A stretch of DNA of 64,000 nt from an uncultured Gemmatimonadales bacterium (lineage in GTDB: Bacteria; Gemmatimonadota; Gemmatimonadetes; Gemmatimonadales; Gemmatimonadaceae). Position numbers and translations under genes: made by a program. The notes under the pieces were generated by a model. That model was given only the letters and a program-made list of their open reading frames with translations. It made no database searches and was not told the origin of the DNA. The DNA lies in contig CAVPQB010000006.1 in the NCBI GenBank assembly GCA_963707505.1, forward strand, positions 672,001-736,000. Reading direction: 5' to 3'. Shown one piece after another: positions 40,118 through 49,927 of the stretch; positions within the stretch are counted from its first letter, which is position 1, and each line of letters begins with the position of its first letter.

Positions 40118-40322
40118 TTGACCGGCACCTCCGCGCCGTGGCAAGCTGTCCATGCCACCCGGTCTTACGCTCGCGGGCAGCAGCCGCTATCCTTTGCACC
40201 GTTCGATCCGATCGAGTTTCGGAATCCGCGCGCGCACCTTCAGTTGAATGATGCAGACGCCGCCGCGCTGACGGCGGCCGCAATTCTCATCTGTTTGAAC
40301 TCTCAACTCCAACGAGGACAGA

Positions 40323-41180
40323 ATGCGCAGTGTCGGTGCGGTGATACCGCTCATGGCAGGAATCGCGATGATCTCCAGCGCGATGCGTCACTCCACCGTT
40401 CCAGCGCCTTCGACGACCATGTCAGCGCCGTCGGCGACTCGCACTCTCGTCGTCACTGCGAACGACTATGCGTTCACCGGAATGACCGCACGCGTTTCAG
40501 CTGGCTGGGTGACGATCCGGATGATCAACGCCGGCAAGGAGCTGCACATGTTCGCGAGTGCGGCTGTTCCGCACGGCATGACGACTGCCGGCGTGCTCGA
40601 TTCGCTCACGAAGGATCGGGTCCCGAAGAACTTAACGGAGTGGGGCGGTCCGAATGCGGTTGCACCAGGCGACACCAACGCGATAACTCTGTTCCTGCCC
40701 GCGGGATCCTACGTCGTCGGTTGTTTCGTCGTGAGCCCGGATGGAAAGACCCATTTCATGAAGGGGATGATGGGCTCGTTCGAGGTGGTCGCGGCAAAGG
40801 ATACCGGTACTGCACCGGTCAGCGACAGAAATATCCTGCTCTCGACGTACCACATCGCGATGGATGGTGGTCCGCTAAGCAAAGGACCGCACGTCTTCAT
40901 GGTGCGCAATACGGTGAAGCAGACTCACGATTTCGTGATCCTCAAGGTGCTGCCCGGGCACACGGTCGCGCAGGCACTCAAGTGGTTCGGGAATCCGCCG
41001 GTTGGAGCGCCAGCCGCGGAACCGATAGGTGGTACTACGGGGCTGCATCTCGATGAGCAGGGCTATGTGACGGCGCGATTCACTCCCGGCACCTACGTTC
41101 TTGTTTGCTGGATGCAGACAGACAACAAGCCACACTTCCAGATGGGCATGGAGAAAGTGTTGACGGTTCCCGCTACGTAA
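40323..41180 (+). CDS. Secreted tandem cupredoxin-like protein
   Basis: Two repeats, each with an upstream His and a C-x8/9-H-x4-M motif. Confidence 0.7.
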   Translation: MRSVGAVIPLMAGIAMISSAMRHSTVPAPSTTMSAPSATRTLVVTANDYAFTGMTARVSAGWVTIRMINAGKELHMFASAAVPHGMTTAGVLDSLTKDRVPKNLTEWGGPNAVAPGDTNAITLFLPAGSYVVGCFVVSPDGKTHFMKGMMGSFEVVAAKDTGTAPVSDRNILLSTYHIAMDGGPLSKGPHVFMVRNTVKQTHDFVILKVLPGHTVAQALKWFGNPPVGAPAAEPIGGTTGLHLDEQGYVTARFTPGTYVLVCWMQTDNKPHFQMGMEKVLTVPAT

Positions 41181-41233
41181 CTACGTGAGGGCTGGCTAGC
41201 GCGTCCGGCTCATCGGGCAGCCGCGATGTGACG

Positions 41234-42190
41234 TCAGCCCGCGTCGATCCACGGGTCGTGTGTCATCCAGTTGCTGTCCGGTGCAAACAGGAACACCAGC
41301 CCGCCATTCGCGAGCTTGGGTAGCAACTGCCTGGCGCGCGTAGTTTCCATCGCTGGACAACCCTCACTCCGTCCCGCACGCGTGGATGTGACGTACGGTG
41401 CGCCGTGCGCGACAACTCCACGCGCTCGCGCGTTGTTGTTGAAGTCGCCCGAGACGCCCGCGAGCCTCAAGCCGACCGAATGGTACGGTTGGCCGCCCGC
41501 GTGACCGGTGAAAGCGTAAAGCTCCTGCGCCACGTAGAGGCCGAGCGAGGTCGTGGCTGCACCGAAGGCATTGGAGAATCGCTTCGGGACGCCGGCCGAG
41601 TTGGCGGCAGATCCGCGGCCGTGCGCTACCATGAATGGTCCGTCGACTATGGAGAGCGCATCCATGTCGAAGACGTATCCGCGCGGCTGAGTGCTGGGTA
41701 GGCCGTAGTCGACGAAGTACAGATACGGCTTGCGCACCTTGTCTGGATGCGCGGCCCTGAACGCGAAATAGCTCTCGAATGCGTCAGGGAGCGCGCGCGA
41801 GTTGCTGAGTGGCCGTACCGCGGACGCGAGTGCGCCGAGTGCGTTCCGGGTGCTGGTCTCGATCTCCTCGTTGTTGTGGGCAGCAGGGTTCAGCGAAACG
41901 CGGCCACTGAATACGGAGCCGATAGCTGCGCTCACACTCCCCGTACGCATCGATGCCAGCGTCGTTGCGGAGCGGAGCACTCGGCCGTTCCGGCGCGATG
42001 CGGAATACGCGGGATTGGCGTTCGACCCCACGTACGCGACCGCGGTGGCTGCAATGAGCAGCGTAGGGAGCAGGTTCAGGTATTTGCGTGATGCCATGCT
42101 GATTCCAGAAGCGCGATCGGGCCCGCGACCGACTGTCGGGGCAATAGGAACGGTTGCCGTCAGGGGGATGACGACCGAGGCCTCATTCAT
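41234..42190 (-). CDS. L,D-transpeptidase catalytic domain protein (YkuD_2-like)
   Basis: VDYGLPS, VAHGRGS, VVAHGAPY, GRSEGCPA; true start may be near 42097. Confidence 0.85.
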   Translation of the reverse strand: MNEASVVIPLTATVPIAPTVGRGPDRASGISMASRKYLNLLPTLLIAATAVAYVGSNANPAYSASRRNGRVLRSATTLASMRTGSVSAAIGSVFSGRVSLNPAAHNNEEIETSTRNALGALASAVRPLSNSRALPDAFESYFAFRAAHPDKVRKPYLYFVDYGLPSTQPRGYVFDMDALSIVDGPFMVAHGRGSAANSAGVPKRFSNAFGAATTSLGLYVAQELYAFTGHAGGQPYHSVGLRLAGVSGDFNNNARARGVVAHGAPYVTSTRAGRSEGCPAMETTRARQLLPKLANGGLVFLFAPDSNWMTHDPWIDAG

Positions 42191-42359
42191 ATTACACCGC
42201 GGAGTGGGGATGGTCCAAGACCCTGAAGGTGGGGGCTGAGCTGGAGGCTGCCCGACGCGGCAAACCGCATTCTTTTCTTGACACTATCTGTACGCGGCCG
42301 TACTGTAGGTACTGACAGGCCGGTCCAGAGGCTCAATCACCACTGCAAAGCACGACTGA

Positions 42360-45300
42360 ATGCAAATCCATCCGTCGCTGCTTCGGTTTGCGATAGCCCT
42401 GATCCTTGCGGTTCCCCTCCTTCTGGTTGCAAGACCCGCTGCAGCCCAGCAAGCGGACGTCATTCGCGGCCTCATTACAGGGCGGGACGGTGTTGCGATC
42501 GCCGGCGTTCGAGTGACTGTGACGTCGGTCTCGGGAAACGTCAGCCGCACTGCTCGAACGGACAACAGCGGGCGCTTCACGGTGATCTTTCCCGGTGGCG
42601 AGGGCGACTACTTCGTTGGCCTCGCGATTCTCGGCTTCGCCCCGAAACGGTTCGAGATCAAGCGCTCGGCTGACGAAGAGATTCTCATCGCCGACGCGAC
42701 GATGAACACCGCCGTCACGCAGCTCGACACGGTACAGGTCGGCGCCGGCCGCAAGCCACCGCCACGCGGCGTTGCGACGCCGGACATCAGTGGCACCGAG
42801 CATAATGTCGACGTCCGGAACGTCGATCCTGCGCAGCAAGGCGATCTGGCGGCGATGGCAGCCAGCATTCCGGGTGTAACACTCGTCCCGGGTGCGGACG
42901 GAGACCCGTCCGGCTTCTCCGTACTCGGACTCTCGCCCGATCAGAACGCCACGACACTCAATGGGATGTCGTACAACGGGTCGAACGTTCCGCGCGATGC
43001 CGGGATCTCCACGTCGGTCGTGACGAATCCGTACGACGTGTCGCGCGGTGGCTTCGCAGGCGCGCAGCTCAACGTGCGCTCGCAGCCTGGCTCCAACTAC
43101 ATCACACGCTACACCAGCGCGAATGTGGACGCACCAGCGCTCCAGTGGACCGACGCGTCCGGCCGCGCGCTGGGACAACAGTACGGCAACGTGTCACTTG
43201 GCGGCCGGGTGTCCGGGCCACTCGTCTTCGACAAGGCGTTCTATAATCTTGCATTTCAGGCGGGGCGAAGAGCGAGCGACCTGCGCTCACTGATCAGCAC
43301 CGATGCGCTCGGATTGCAATCAGCAGGCGTGAGTCTCGACTCGGTAACGCGTCTCGTCAGTCTGTTGAATCGGGCCGGAGTGCCGCTCGCCGCGCCTCAG
43401 ATCGGTTCCAGCCGCGAAACGGATCAGGCTTCTCTCTTCGGATCCTTCGACTTCGCTCCGCCAAGCTCCACTCGCGGGACGGCGGTCAACGTAACGGTGA
43501 GCGCCAACCTGACGAGTCTGTCACCCGCGAGCGCAATGAATACGGAAGTGCCGGCGCACGGCGGCGATCGCAAGTCCGCGCAGGGCGCGCTGCAGGTGGG
43601 ACACAGTACGTATTTCGGTGTGGGTGTTCTGTCGGAAACGCAGGCAAGCGTCTCGACGTCCGCCAATCACGGTGACCCATTCACAGCGTTGCCCAGTGCG
43701 AGCGTGCTCGTGGGATCGACGTTCGCCGATGGGAGCAGCGTAGTCCGTAACATTGGCTTCGGCGGGAACCCGTTCCTCGGTACCCGCCAGTCCACGACGA
43801 CTGCGGGACTCATGAATCAGCTCTCGTGGTTCAGCACGAACAACAAGCACCGCATCAAGCTCACGAGCGAGCTTCGCAACGACGCCTACTCGCAGGACCA
43901 GACGACGAACGCGCTGGGCACGTTCACGTTCAATTCGCTCGCCGATCTCGATGCGAATCAGCCGACATCTTTCACGCGTCAGTTGTCGCGACGCGTGAGA
44001 AGTGGCAACGATCACATCGAAGCGTTGTCGCTGGGCGATGCGTACAGGCCGAGCACCACGTTGCAGTTGCAGTATGGATTGCGTCTCGATGCCAACCAGT
44101 TCAACACGCAGCCCGTCGCAAACCCCGACGTCGCGCGAATTTTCGGAAACTCGAACGATCACGTTCCGAGTCATGCGTATGTGAGTCCGCGGCTCGGCTT
44201 CTCGTGGGCATATGGAACCGGAGCGCAGATCGCGGCTTTCGCCGGAGCAGCGCGTGGACCACGCGCGGTTGTCCGCGGGGGCGTTGGAGTATTTCAGGGC
44301 GTTCCGCAGGCGACGCTCATCGGTGCTGCGCTGGACAACACCGGCCTGCCGGGAAGCGTTCAGCAGGTGTTCTGCGTGGGCCCTGCGACGCCGGTACCCG
44401 ACTGGTCCGCGTACATCGCGAGCATCAACAGCGTACCGACCGCATGTGCAGACGGTACGAGCGGCACCCCGTTCGCGAACACGGCGCCGTCGGTGACGCT
44501 ATTCGATAGAAGCTACACAGCGCCGCGCAGCGTCCGATCGAATCTGCAGTGGAACGGCGCGGTGTTGAACAACCGCTTCAACGCGAGCTTCGAAGGCGTC
44601 CTGTCGGTCAATCAGCGTCAGCCGAGCTTCGTGGATCTGAATTTCAAGGGTGTACAGCAGTTCGTGCTGCCTGGAGAGGCGAACCGCCCGGTGTATGTGT
44701 CGCCCGCGAGCATCGTCGCAAGCACGGGGTCCATCGGTGGAACGGACGGACGTGTGTCGCCGCTGTTCTCACGCGTGACAGCGCTTCGCTCCGATCTGAC
44801 GTCACAGAGCCGGCAGTTCACCGTACGGTTGTCGCCGGTCGGTTTCAATACTCATTTCGCCTGGAGCCTCGCATACGTTCTCTCGGATGTGCGGGAGCAG
44901 GCGCGCGGATTCACAAGCGCGTCGGGTGACCCGCGCGACGTCGAGCAATCCCGGTCCACGTTCGACTCGAGGCATCAGATCACGTACAGTTTCGTGTATA
45001 ACGCGCTCGACTGGGTGCGCATGACCTGGTTTGGTAATCTTCGCTCGGGGACGCCATTCACTCCGCAGGTAGCTGGAGACATAAACGGGGATGGATACTC
45101 GAACGACCGTGCATTCATCTTCGATCCTGCACGGAGCACCGATCCTGTAGCGGCCGCGATACACTCGCTTGTCACGAGCGGGTCGAGCGAGGCCCGCCGT
45201 TGCCTTGTTTCGCAGCTGGGTCAGATCGCGCGGAGAAACAGCTGCGAGGGGCCGTGGACTTCGACGGCATCGCTCTCGTTCGCGTTCAATCCGCTGAAGG

Positions 45301-46088
45301 TGAGACTTCCGCAGCGCGCGCAGCTGTCGTTTGCAGTCTCGAATCCACTCGGCGCCGCGGATCTGCTGTTGCACGGCGAGAACAACCTGCGCGGTTGGGG
45401 GCAGTTGGCAATACCGGATCAGACGTTGCTCTATGTCCGCGGCTTCGATCCGGTTTCGCGCAGTTACAGGTACGACGTCAATCAGCGCTTCGGCGCGACG
45501 AATGCTGCGTTCTCCGCGATCCGCGCGCCCGTTACGTTGACCGCGATGCTACGGGTGGACATCGGTCCGTCGCGTGAGCGCCAACTCCTTACGCAGCAGC
45601 TCGACCGTGGACGAACGCAGCCAGGCCAGAAGGTGAGTGAGACGATCCTCAAGATCACTCATGGAAGTAGCGATGTCCCCAACCCAATGACGTCGATACT
45701 CCAGCAGGCCGATACGTTGCATCTCACGGGGCGCCAGGCGGACAGTCTCGCCACTTTGAATCGCTGGTACTCCATAAAGCGTGACTCGATATGGAATCCC
45801 GTGTCGATATATCTGGCAGCGCTGCCCGATCACTACGACCAGGGCGAGGCCTATGCGCATTATCGGCGGGCACGCGAGGCTTCGGTGGATCTGCTGGTTC
45901 CACTGGTTCCGAAGGTTCGGGGCGTACTCACAGCGGCGCAGCTGCGATTGCTGCCGGACTACATACGCGCTTATCTCGACACTCAGTATCTCGCATCGAT
46001 TCGCTCCGGAACGATGGGAGTTGGTGGCAATGCCAGTCTCTTTCCATCGCCGCCGGGCGGTGGTCAGCAGACCTTCATCATGCGATGA
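42360..46088 (+). CDS. Oar-like TonB-dependent receptor with carboxypeptidase-regulatory N domain
   Basis: Signal peptide, TDNSGRF, IPGV, YDVSRGGFAG, SPRLGFSW, GDINGDG. Confidence 0.85.
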   Translation: MQIHPSLLRFAIALILAVPLLLVARPAAAQQADVIRGLITGRDGVAIAGVRVTVTSVSGNVSRTARTDNSGRFTVIFPGGEGDYFVGLAILGFAPKRFEIKRSADEEILIADATMNTAVTQLDTVQVGAGRKPPPRGVATPDISGTEHNVDVRNVDPAQQGDLAAMAASIPGVTLVPGADGDPSGFSVLGLSPDQNATTLNGMSYNGSNVPRDAGISTSVVTNPYDVSRGGFAGAQLNVRSQPGSNYITRYTSANVDAPALQWTDASGRALGQQYGNVSLGGRVSGPLVFDKAFYNLAFQAGRRASDLRSLISTDALGLQSAGVSLDSVTRLVSLLNRAGVPLAAPQIGSSRETDQASLFGSFDFAPPSSTRGTAVNVTVSANLTSLSPASAMNTEVPAHGGDRKSAQGALQVGHSTYFGVGVLSETQASVSTSANHGDPFTALPSASVLVGSTFADGSSVVRNIGFGGNPFLGTRQSTTTAGLMNQLSWFSTNNKHRIKLTSELRNDAYSQDQTTNALGTFTFNSLADLDANQPTSFTRQLSRRVRSGNDHIEALSLGDAYRPSTTLQLQYGLRLDANQFNTQPVANPDVARIFGNSNDHVPSHAYVSPRLGFSWAYGTGAQIAAFAGAARGPRAVVRGGVGVFQGVPQATLIGAALDNTGLPGSVQQVFCVGPATPVPDWSAYIASINSVPTACADGTSGTPFANTAPSVTLFDRSYTAPRSVRSNLQWNGAVLNNRFNASFEGVLSVNQRQPSFVDLNFKGVQQFVLPGEANRPVYVSPASIVASTGSIGGTDGRVSPLFSRVTALRSDLTSQSRQFTVRLSPVGFNTHFAWSLAYVLSDVREQARGFTSASGDPRDVEQSRSTFDSRHQITYSFVYNALDWVRMTWFGNLRSGTPFTPQVAGDINGDGYSNDRAFIFDPARSTDPVAAAIHSLVTSGSSEARRCLVSQLGQIARRNSCEGPWTSTASLSFAFNPLKVRLPQRAQLSFAVSNPLGAADLLLHGENNLRGWGQLAIPDQTLLYVRGFDPVSRSYRYDVNQRFGATNAAFSAIRAPVTLTAMLRVDIGPSRERQLLTQQLDRGRTQPGQKVSETILKITHGSSDVPNPMTSILQQADTLHLTGRQADSLATLNRWYSIKRDSIWNPVSIYLAALPDHYDQGEAYAHYRRAREASVDLLVPLVPKVRGVLTAAQLRLLPDYIRAYLDTQYLASIRSGTMGVGGNASLFPSPPGGGQQTFIMR

Positions 46089-47440
46089 CGCGTACCGTCA
46101 TCGCTCACTGGAGCTCGATCATGTCGATCCATTCACGCTTCTTCATCACGCTGACGCTGGCTGGCGGTCCTCTTGTTGCGCAGAGTACGCTGCCGCCGGT
46201 ACGGCCACTCGGACAGATTACTGTGGCATCTCCGTCGGAGTTTGCGAGCATATCGTCGGTGCGCGCGTTATCGGATGGAAGCGTACTCGTGAACGACCTG
46301 ACTGGGCGCAAGGTCACGCTGCTCGATCCCACGTTCGCACACAGCACTGTCATCGCCGATTCGACGAGCGCAACATCGATGGCATACAGCTCCCGACTCG
46401 GCGGCCTCATCGCATATCACGGTGACACGACGCTGTTCGTGGATCCGCAATCCATGTCGATGCTGGTGCTTGACGGAGCTGGCAAGGTTGCAAGAGTGAT
46501 GTCGGTGCCGAAGGCGCAGGACGCAACATTTCTGATCGGCGGACCATTCGGCAACCCGGGCATGGACCCTTCAGGGCGCCTCGTGTATCGCACGATGCTG
46601 CGGCCGAACTTCGCGCCGCCGGGTCCTGACGGCAAGGTCGTTGCGCCTGTGTCGATAGACTCCGCGCCGATAATCCGGTTCGATCTCAACGAGCGGCGCG
46701 CGGACACTGCCGGTTACATCAAGGTTCCTGCACCTCGCGTGAGCATCAACTCCAGCGAAGGGAGAATGCGGGTAACGATGCAGATGAACCCGCTGAGCGT
46801 AACAGATGAGTGGGCGCTTCTGCCTGATGGAAACATCGCCGTCGTTCGAGGTGCGGACTTTCGCATCGACCTGTTGAAGTCGGATGGCACAGTGGTGAAG
46901 GGAGAGAAGATACCGTTCGAATGGCAGCGCTTGAGCGACTCGAGCAAGCAGGCGATTGTCGATTCCACACGAAAGATCGTCGAAGAGGCGCGCACACGGC
47001 AGCTCGCCATCATGCAGGGGAATGCGTCAGCGACAACGGGATCGGCGAGCAGCGCAGCGCCGTCTGGAGGAGCCGTGTTCCAGATGCGCGTCGAGGGTGG
47101 GCCGCCGGCGGCGGGAGCTCCGGCGACGCGGTCAGGTGGAACATCGATCGAAATCCCACCAGTTGAGTTCGCGCCACTGTCGGAGATGCCGGACTACCGG
47201 CCTGCGTTCTCCGCTGGCGCGGTGCGCGCAGATGCGGATGGTAACCTCTGGATCCGTACCTCCAGCGTGTTCAACGGGGCACAGGTCTACGACGTGGTGA
47301 ACAGCAGCGGGCAGCTCGTCGACCGCGTCCAGCTTCCAGCCGGTCGCACGATCGCTGGGTTTGGCAAGGGAGGTTTCGTTTACCTTGCCGTGCGCGACGG
47401 AACCGCCGGCGTGAGACTCGAGAAGGCGCGGACGAAGTAG
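46085..47440 (+). CDS. Secreted beta-propeller-like hypothetical protein
   Basis: Overlaps the receptor stop (ATGA); LSDGSVLVND, ADADGNLWIR blades; start may be 46121. Confidence 0.7.
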   Translation: MTRTVIAHWSSIMSIHSRFFITLTLAGGPLVAQSTLPPVRPLGQITVASPSEFASISSVRALSDGSVLVNDLTGRKVTLLDPTFAHSTVIADSTSATSMAYSSRLGGLIAYHGDTTLFVDPQSMSMLVLDGAGKVARVMSVPKAQDATFLIGGPFGNPGMDPSGRLVYRTMLRPNFAPPGPDGKVVAPVSIDSAPIIRFDLNERRADTAGYIKVPAPRVSINSSEGRMRVTMQMNPLSVTDEWALLPDGNIAVVRGADFRIDLLKSDGTVVKGEKIPFEWQRLSDSSKQAIVDSTRKIVEEARTRQLAIMQGNASATTGSASSAAPSGGAVFQMRVEGGPPAAGAPATRSGGTSIEIPPVEFAPLSEMPDYRPAFSAGAVRADADGNLWIRTSSVFNGAQVYDVVNSSGQLVDRVQLPAGRTIAGFGKGGFVYLAVRDGTAGVRLEKARTK

Positions 47441-47506
47441 CGAGTTGCTCCGACTGGGCCTGATTGAATTATCGGTGTTTCCGTTTTGTAGGGTTGCGTG
47501 TGGACA

Positions 47507-47863
47507 TTACTTGGAGCGTTCCCGCGATAAAGCGACTGCAACGCGGCCGATGAGGTCGTAAGGGATTGGCGCGTCCAGGGGAAATTTGAGATTGCCCTTC
47601 TCGCCGCGGTACGGAAGTAGCGCTTTCTGGAGCTTGGTATCTCCCTTTAACGGCGGGTAAACGCCAATGTGCTTCTTGAACGCGGCAAAATAGATGAATA
47701 CTTCGTTCAACCTGAACGCTGGCAACTGATAACTGATAGTCTCAATCGCTGCCGGAACCCTGGCTTTCACGATCTGTCGGATCTCTTCGATAATGATTCG
47801 CGAAGCGTGAGGCAGCGATGCGAGATAGCCATCGATGGTAGTGAACCTGGGTTGTTTTTCCAT
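47507..47863 (-). CDS. DUF1801/YdhG-like protein
   Basis: TIDGYL, ETISYQLPAF, FAAFKKHIGVYP, PIPYDLI. Confidence 0.85.
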   Translation of the reverse strand: MEKQPRFTTIDGYLASLPHASRIIIEEIRQIVKARVPAAIETISYQLPAFRLNEVFIYFAAFKKHIGVYPPLKGDTKLQKALLPYRGEKGNLKFPLDAPIPYDLIGRVAVALSRERSK

Positions 47864-47896
47864 GAGCTCTCTTTCGATGTATGGCGCCGGACGGCG

Positions 47897-49795
47897 TTAC
47901 TGCGTACTGCCAACCACCGGCAGCACGATGTGCGACGGCAGCGCCTGCGATACATACACACGCTGCGTCGCCTTTTGAAAATCGTTTTCCTTCGCGTCGT
48001 AGATACTCGATACGAAACGCTGCGGGTTGCGGTCGATGAGCGGGAACCAGGTCGACTGCACCTGAACCATCAGACGATGCCCCTGCTTGAACACGTGGTC
48101 GCGGTCGCGTAGCGGGATCTTCCATTCCACGGGCTTGTTTGCCGGCAGCGCGCTCGGGTGCTCGTAGCTCGTGTTGTACCGCCCGCGGCGAACTTCCATC
48201 GCGATCGGCAGCTCGTAACCGTTCAGGGACTGCGCGTATGCACGTGGCGCCGGTCCAGCATCGGGGTTCCACGCATTCGGCTGCGCGTTCTCCGGAAAGA
48301 CGTCGATCAGCTTGACGACGAAGTCGGCGTCCGTCCCGCTCGTCGAGGCGAAGAGATCGGCAGCGACGGCACCGGTGATCGTGAGATCGTGTTCGAGCGG
48401 CGCGCTCGTGAACGTGAGCACGTCGGGTCGTCCGTCCACGAACCGCTGGTCGGCAACTTCCCACGTGCGCCAGTCACCCGCGGGATACGTCGGCGAAATC
48501 GGTCGCGCGCGGTATGGCACGGGGTTCGCCGGATCGGAGACGTACTCGCGATATGCTGCCGCTCCAGCCGCGGGAGCGGTGAACGATAGCGTGCCGTCGG
48601 CGTGCAGGTACAGATTGGTGTTCCGCGCGCCAGGCGCCGGCCAGGTCGCATAAGTTCGCCAGCTATTCGATCCCGACTGGAACGTCGTCGCCTTCCACGT
48701 TGGTTTCGCGCCTTCGCCGTGCAGGTAGTAGCGGAAGAACGGCGCCTCGATGTTCTCGCGAAATTCGCGCGCGGTTTCGTGTCCGCCGAGCGGGATGGCG
48801 CCGATGCTGTCACCCCTTGGCGACTGCCATTCGCCGTGATACCACGGACCTGCGACGATGAAGTTGGTGTTGTCCGGATCGTGCTCCGCTGCATGGCGGA
48901 ATATCTGCCACGGGCCCCACGGATCTTCCTGATCGAAGAAGCCGGCGACGTTCAGGTTGGGGACCGTAGAAGCGTGCAACTGATTTACCCACGCCTCACG
49001 CTTCCAGAACGCGTCGTAGTCGGGGTGCTTGACGACGTCGTTCCAGTATGGAATGGAGCCGTGCAAGTACTTCGCGTTGATGTTGGAGATCGGGCCGAGA
49101 TTCAGGTACCACGAGTAGCCGTCGTAAGTATCGAAGTCGAAATGCGTATTCTTGAACTTGTCGGCCTGCTCGTAGACAGCATATTCGAATGCGTAGCTCA
49201 GTCGCAGCGCACCGTAACGGTGGTCATCGTCGTTCATCCACTGGTCCACGGGCGATGCCTGCTCGCTTATCGCCTTGAGCGCCGGATGCGGATGCAGCAG
49301 CGCGAGCGCCGCAGTGAGTCCGTCGTACGACACGCCGTACATTCCAACTTTCCCGTTGTTGTTCGGCACGTGCTTGACGAGCCAGTCGATGCTGTCGTAT
49401 GCATCGGTGGTCTCGTTCGTCGCTCTGGGATCGTTCAGGTCCACCTGCGACGAGAGGAGAAAAGTGCCCTCCGACTTGAATCGGCCACGCAGGTTCTGGA
49501 TGACGAAGATGTACCCATCGTGCGCGAGCTCGCGAAGGTTTGCGGGCAGCTGCCGGTACGGACCGTCGGGCACACCGTAGGGTGTACGCCGGAAAAGAAT
49601 CGGCAGCGGGCCGCTCTGATTTGCCGGCGCGAGGATAACGGTCTGCAGATGCACACCGTCGCGCACGGGGATCATCACTTCCTGATACGTGAATGGTGCG
49701 TCGGCGTTGGTATTCTGCGCGGCCAGCGAGCCGCACGGAATAGCCAGTAGCACAGCGAGAAGCGACGGGACGATCGTGCGGACGGGGAGGCGCAT
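47897..49795 (-). CDS. CocE/NonD family hydrolase (alpha-amino acid ester hydrolase-like)
   Basis: RDGVHL, RTPY, RGRFKSEG, GVSYDG, GPWYHG. Confidence 0.92.
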   Translation of the reverse strand: MRLPVRTIVPSLLAVLLAIPCGSLAAQNTNADAPFTYQEVMIPVRDGVHLQTVILAPANQSGPLPILFRRTPYGVPDGPYRQLPANLRELAHDGYIFVIQNLRGRFKSEGTFLLSSQVDLNDPRATNETTDAYDSIDWLVKHVPNNNGKVGMYGVSYDGLTAALALLHPHPALKAISEQASPVDQWMNDDDHRYGALRLSYAFEYAVYEQADKFKNTHFDFDTYDGYSWYLNLGPISNINAKYLHGSIPYWNDVVKHPDYDAFWKREAWVNQLHASTVPNLNVAGFFDQEDPWGPWQIFRHAAEHDPDNTNFIVAGPWYHGEWQSPRGDSIGAIPLGGHETAREFRENIEAPFFRYYLHGEGAKPTWKATTFQSGSNSWRTYATWPAPGARNTNLYLHADGTLSFTAPAAGAAAYREYVSDPANPVPYRARPISPTYPAGDWRTWEVADQRFVDGRPDVLTFTSAPLEHDLTITGAVAADLFASTSGTDADFVVKLIDVFPENAQPNAWNPDAGPAPRAYAQSLNGYELPIAMEVRRGRYNTSYEHPSALPANKPVEWKIPLRDRDHVFKQGHRLMVQVQSTWFPLIDRNPQRFVSSIYDAKENDFQKATQRVYVSQALPSHIVLPVVGSTQ

Positions 49796-49927
49796 GACGA
49801 CCGGAGTTTGGGTAATTGTGATAATATCCGCGCCGCCGGGATGATTGGTAAGAACTGTGCCGCTACGTTATCATCTGGCGGCGTTTGGCAACTCGCTCAA
49901 TCGTCGACGGACACGCGCAGCGCGCGC

